This document shows positions 59,500 through 64,000 of a stretch of DNA of 64,000 nt, one piece after another. Every line of letters starts with the position of its first letter. The stretch's first letter is position 1. The stretch is taken from positions 1,422,429 through 1,486,428 of the forward strand of contig RDEW01000003.1 in NCBI GenBank assembly GCA_011109175.1, given 5' to 3'. The notes beneath the pieces are model-generated. The model was not told the DNA's origin, searched no databases, and saw only the letters and a program-made list of their open reading frames with translations. A program made the translations under genes and the position numbers. The DNA is from Dicyema japonicum (taxonomy: Eukaryota; Animalia; Dicyemida).

Positions 59500-62400
59500 T
59501 CAATGGAAATGGGTAATAGTGATATAATATCATTTGCAATGCTCAATGTCTGATCAGTTTTACGACGATATACTATTTCCAAGATAGATTTTGACATTTT
59601 GTTTTGCGCAATACTGGTAATATAAATTAATAATAAACCGACAGAATTTACTAGTAAGATTCATGTGGATGATAAGTGGGAATGATCTCCATAATAAGTG
59701 AAAATAAGACATTCGTGGAAACATCGTTCTAAAGTAGTAATATAACCGTACCTCACGCTCTACAATCGTCCAATATTCCTTAAATAAGCACAGTTTACTG
59801 ATGTTATAATCGGGAATTTCCTCCTTATGGGGAGATATGACTTTTATGTACTTATTTAACAGCGACACATTCCCTAGCAATAACCAATAAAGTGACCATC
59901 AACAAAAAGGCGCGAAGCCAGCCCACTCCTACAAAACACAAAAATGTGCTCTGCAGTACTGAGCAGACAGGAGTAAGAAAAACCTCAGAATTGATGTGAT
60001 TCAACGCACGTGCACAATAAGCCTATATAAATATAGTAAGCAAAACTTTTGTCTGGTAGATAAGATTAACAGGAACGCCAATCGACACACAAAATTGTTC
60101 TTTCTCATTCAGGGGATAATCACAAGAGCTTAGGTTGGAGTGCAATATATGTTCAATCGTGGTGGTACGTCTGAGCCAATAAACGAATAAAATACATTTT
60201 ACAATTTTGAATGAACATCGACACATACACCCCCCATTTCCAGAGCCCGTCGTTTTCAAGCTGATTCGCAAAACGAACAGTGCAATCGTCGACGATGGAC
60301 AATTCTTCATCTTTGACGACATTCAAGGACGTAATCACCATGGCAACCAGCCAACTAAAAATAAAAAAAGAAAATAACCTAAAACTGTGATCTTCAACTT
60401 CTTCAGAGTTACTAATAGGATTAAGCAAATCAGCCAAGTCATATTCAACGTTGGAGTATCTTAGAAGGAGGGCAAATGACATTACAAATTTACGCCTTAA
60501 ATTCGCGCCCAAATTAAAAAGAAGGTTGGGTCAATTTTGAAATATAATCTGAATGGGGGTTAGCAAGCCCATAATCCTCGTCAGACGTTATAATATTATA
60601 ATATTGAATGAATCACATCACTTATGGAAGCATCAGACACAGATATATACCTAAAGTAAATGTAATGTAAAAATACTTCAAAAGTACAGCAAACATGAAA
60701 GCCATGTGCAATCATCACACGCATTAATGATTATTCCATCATCCACCTTGACTGACAAAAGTCCGCCCATGATGAGGTATATACGCAGAACATCATCATC
60801 CATAGATATTTGGAGATGTCTCTTCGATCCATGATATAACCTGCTTTCTAATATATTCTCTCCGATGAGACCCACAGTGAGACATGATGAAAGCGAGACG
60901 ATGTAAACTATTTCCATAGCAAACTCGCATGCTTTATCGACTTGGAGTGATGACAATAATTTTTCTTATATTTGTAATCCCACTTCCAGGACAAGGCAGG
61001 TGATTAGTTAGCATAAACTCTTGAAGGAAACTCAATAATCTTTTCTTTTGTGAGTTTGGCAGACAATCCTCTGACTGCCATAAAATAGGAATAAGCCCAA
61101 GAACGAGTAATCTTTCCTCTAAGTATCACATTTATCTTTAAGTACCATTAAAATGAAATCCAGTCTTACTGAGTTAGTTCAATAAAGTCCCCGGGGTTAC
61201 TTAGTCTGAAAAAGTCCTCATCATTCGTCTTAAATGAGCATTTAGTAGCAAATCCAAAATCTGGGATTATACAACCTTGGTTACAGGCATCAATTTAATC
61301 GAAGACTTTTCAGGCTTGGTGTTGCAAAACTTTAGTAAATGCACGTCGTTAATGGAAGTAAGATTGCCCGACAAACGATCCTCAAACATAAAGTCACTGC
61401 GATCAGCATCATCGTTTACTAAAGTGAAGATAAAAATTACTAATTGCTTTAAGGGGGTGAATAATCCGGCACTCGTTTATAGGAAAGGCTGAAAATGACC
61501 TCGAAAACAAGGTCCCGACGTCGGCGATCGTCAATTTCCGGCCATTATAGAGGGAATTCTTACAACTAGACAGAGCCTTCTTTTTTTTGTGAAGGTAATT
61601 TATACTAATTCCTAGTACCCTCAGTAAAACTTATATACCCTCATAAATTTTATCAGATCTATTTTCACGTTTTACAACTAAATCAGAGACCGAATTTTCG
61701 TCCACTCGAGTGTCTTCAACAACCATTGACTCAAACGAAACGTTGACCTGGGATTAATATATAAGAAGAACCTGATCTTCAAAAGAACTAAAGGAATCAT
61801 TAACCAATCCATATTTCGTGAAATGCTTCACTGCAAATTTACAAACTCCTCTCGATAGGTCATATGACAAAAATTTTCCTCCCATCTTCGATACAGTATC
61901 AATTAGAGTGCTCTCATAGGATATATCTTGAGATCCCGTAGGCCAGCAAAAGTTTAAAGTGATTATCGCAGTCCGATTTAGTCCAAGACCACGAGGAGGA
62001 GTGTAGTCAATGTCATAAACTTTGACATATTTATCCCCTATTTTAGCTTTTGGTAAAAAAATGTTGAGTACCATGCGTGTAAATTTCATTAAAAAGACGT
62101 TTCGGTAACACCTGGAAACAATATTGATCCATAATCATTGTAGATTATTAAATTTCTGAACTTTGTCAATGACTCGTACATATCTATTGAAAAGTTAAGC
62201 AAATATCACTGTAATAACAAGAGAAATGTAAAATTTTAAAAATTTACAAATTTATTATTAATAATTTAATTTATAATCAAAAATATTTATATCTCATTGC
62301 ACAATATTTTCTGTCACAGTCCGTAGGTCAGATTCAATAAGCACTTTCGAGGCTGGCGTGTCATCGATGATTTGTTTTGTGGGGAAATACGAATATAATT
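59500..62400 (-). CDS. NUP98: Nup98-Nup96 precursor-like: autoproteolytic domain plus Nup96; no FG-repeat region seen
   Basis: APD: YGSILFPG..VKVY..PPRGLGLNRTAIITL..WP..GGKFLSYD..GVCKFAVKHFTKYGL. Nup96 C-terminus: FANQLENDGLWKWGVYV..EKEQF..GVP. Both ends approximate. Confidence 0.85.
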
Positions 62401-62609
62401 TTCTTTAAAGTCAGAATTGTTAATGTTATTTTTTTATATTTAACGAGTTTGGATAGAAAATGATGAATTACTGGAACAGCCTATAAATCAACAGAGGAAA
62501 TCCATGTAATGACATGGAATATCAAATCGGGAAACGCGTGACTTGTCAATATTTTTTCTAATTTTAAAACTAAGAATCACCGACAAAATGAAATAAAAGA
62601 AAGTTCAAG

Positions 62610-62833
62610 ATAGAAAAATAAGACAGCTTCTCCACAAGATTCCACGTATAGCACGTTGTTGTCGAAGACGATGAGTTTTCGAGCCCAATACGGTCTTTTT
62701 TCTAAGATCGCTTGGGTCAATGATTAAGAAAGTTAGTAATGATCGTCGGGAAACCGAATGGTTGTTCCAAAGGATTTCTCTGACAGTTGTCAATAAAAAC
62801 AGCCATTCCATTCTATCAGCTGGATTATTATGA
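62610..62833 (+). mobile_element. CRE-clade 3' tip
   Basis: FEPNTVFFLRSLGSMIKKVSNDRRETEWLFQRISLTVVNKNSHSILSAGLL*. Confidence 0.82.
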
Positions 62834-63019
62834 CTTCGGCAAATCAAAGTCAATTTTGTTTCGATTCAATAAAGAAAGCAAAAGACATTATGATAGTTTA
62901 GATTTATTGTTTTTTATGTACTCTCTGGTAGACAGAAAACACAAAACTTTTACTGGGACAAAAATTAGATGACTGACATTGCAACAAGAGTCTTCAATTT
63001 ATAGATATCTAGGATGATG

Positions 63020-63305
63020 GACATCAATACAAAGGCAGTACTAATATGTCAACTCTCTGTCATTTACCAACATCGTCGGGAGCGAGGTAAAGGCACTTTC
63101 CGACGCAGAAAAAACAAAGAGCTAAGGAAAAGAAATATGGAGCACTTTTCGATCGATATACTTTTCCCGCGTTTGTTATCGAGACAACTGGAACGATAAG
63201 CAACAAGTCCTTGATCTCGAACGTATTGACCAAGAAACGCATGACTTATCTAGTTGGTCTTCATAGCGTTCATGAGGAAAAGCATATCACTATAGTCGAC
63301 AGAAT
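63020..63305 (+). mobile_element. CRE-clade 3' region
   Basis: KALSDAEKTK..KKYGALFDRYTFPAFVIETTGT..LVFIAFMR fits the AE..K..KY..F....ET.G pattern. Confidence 0.7.
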
Positions 63306-63312
63306 TAATATA

Positions 63313-64000
63313 CAGAAAGTCTCTCGAATCCGCGAATTATAACTAATAAATTCTTTAATCCGCCATTTTTTGCTAACAAAATTTCTCGATTCCGCCATGA
63401 ATCCGCCATGTCTCTTAATTTTAAATAATTTTATAGATAAATAATTAAATTATTAACACGTTGTCATTGTTTATTGTTGTTTTTATGAAACGTAACTGTA
63501 CACGATTAAAAAACAAACAAAAAATTGCCATTTTAAAGTTTATTGAATCGAATATTGAATTACCTTCTATAAAAATTTCAGAAATTTTTTTTCAAAAAAT
63601 ATAATGCACCTATTTCTCTTAGATCTATTGATGATTGAGAAGTAAAAGAAAATCTGAAAATATGTTGAATAAAATCTGAGGATTTGTTACAAAATATGCA
63701 TGGAGAATCTGCAACTTTAAATTTTGACCCTATTTTGGTGTCAGATTTTATTGAATTAATCAAAAATAAAATCAATCTCTACGGAGCTCAAAATGTTTAT
63801 AATGCCGACGAAACTAGTTTATTTTACAAAATGATGCTGTCCAAAAGTGTTTGTATAAACCTTAAATCAGGTTATAAAGCATTAAAAGACAGAGTTTCAG
63901 TCATGTTATGCACAAATGTGGACGGTACAGATAAACGAACACCTTTACTAATTGGGATGTTTAAAAATCCTAGATGTTTCAAAAATTTTGATTATTATTC
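63313..64000 (+). mobile_element. Tigger/pogo DNA transposon: left TIR and DDE transposase fragment (runs off the window end)
   Basis: TA + cagaaagtctctcgaatccgc TIR. VYNADETSLFYK..GYKALKDRVSVMLCTNVDGTDK..PLLIGMFKNPRCFK is a DDE_1 signature. The N-terminal HTH is not seen. Confidence 0.85.

Overview
This is an AT-rich metazoan genomic window with very compact genes. Their GT-AG introns are mostly 22-33 nt, which is why the ORF track is fragmented. Caspase, FKBP8, RNF212 and IFT88 together with these introns fit a ciliated, highly compacted animal genome such as a dicyemid (inference only). Recognisable genes are KIF23, an effector caspase, a two-domain C-type lectin, IFT88, TSR3, SMG9, FKBP8, RNF212, Miro (RHOT), PPAN, ADP/ATP translocase, Nup98-96 and two identical tRNA-Ile(AAT) genes. 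Between them lies dense transposon debris: APE-type LINEs, an R4-like element, about 14 CRE-clade 3' tips, a tRNA-derived SINE family, a near-intact MULE nested in a LINE, intron-bearing Ginger-like integrases, a Tc1/IS630 remnant and Tigger elements. The most unusual signals are: (1) a several-fold excess of the palindrome CACGTG, largely inside exons, in all three codon phases and often spaced near multiples of about 150 bp; (2) a swarm of CRE retrotransposon 3' tips with no CRE body; (3) a covarying 3' stem-loop shared by seven LINE ends; (4) a SINE with interchangeable 3' tails; (5) a Nup98-96 gene that appears to lack its FG domain and has HFT at the autocleavage site. Several single-base frameshifts in homopolymers, even in essential genes, look like assembly errors. 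All counts and alignments were made by eye, and many gene boundaries are approximate.
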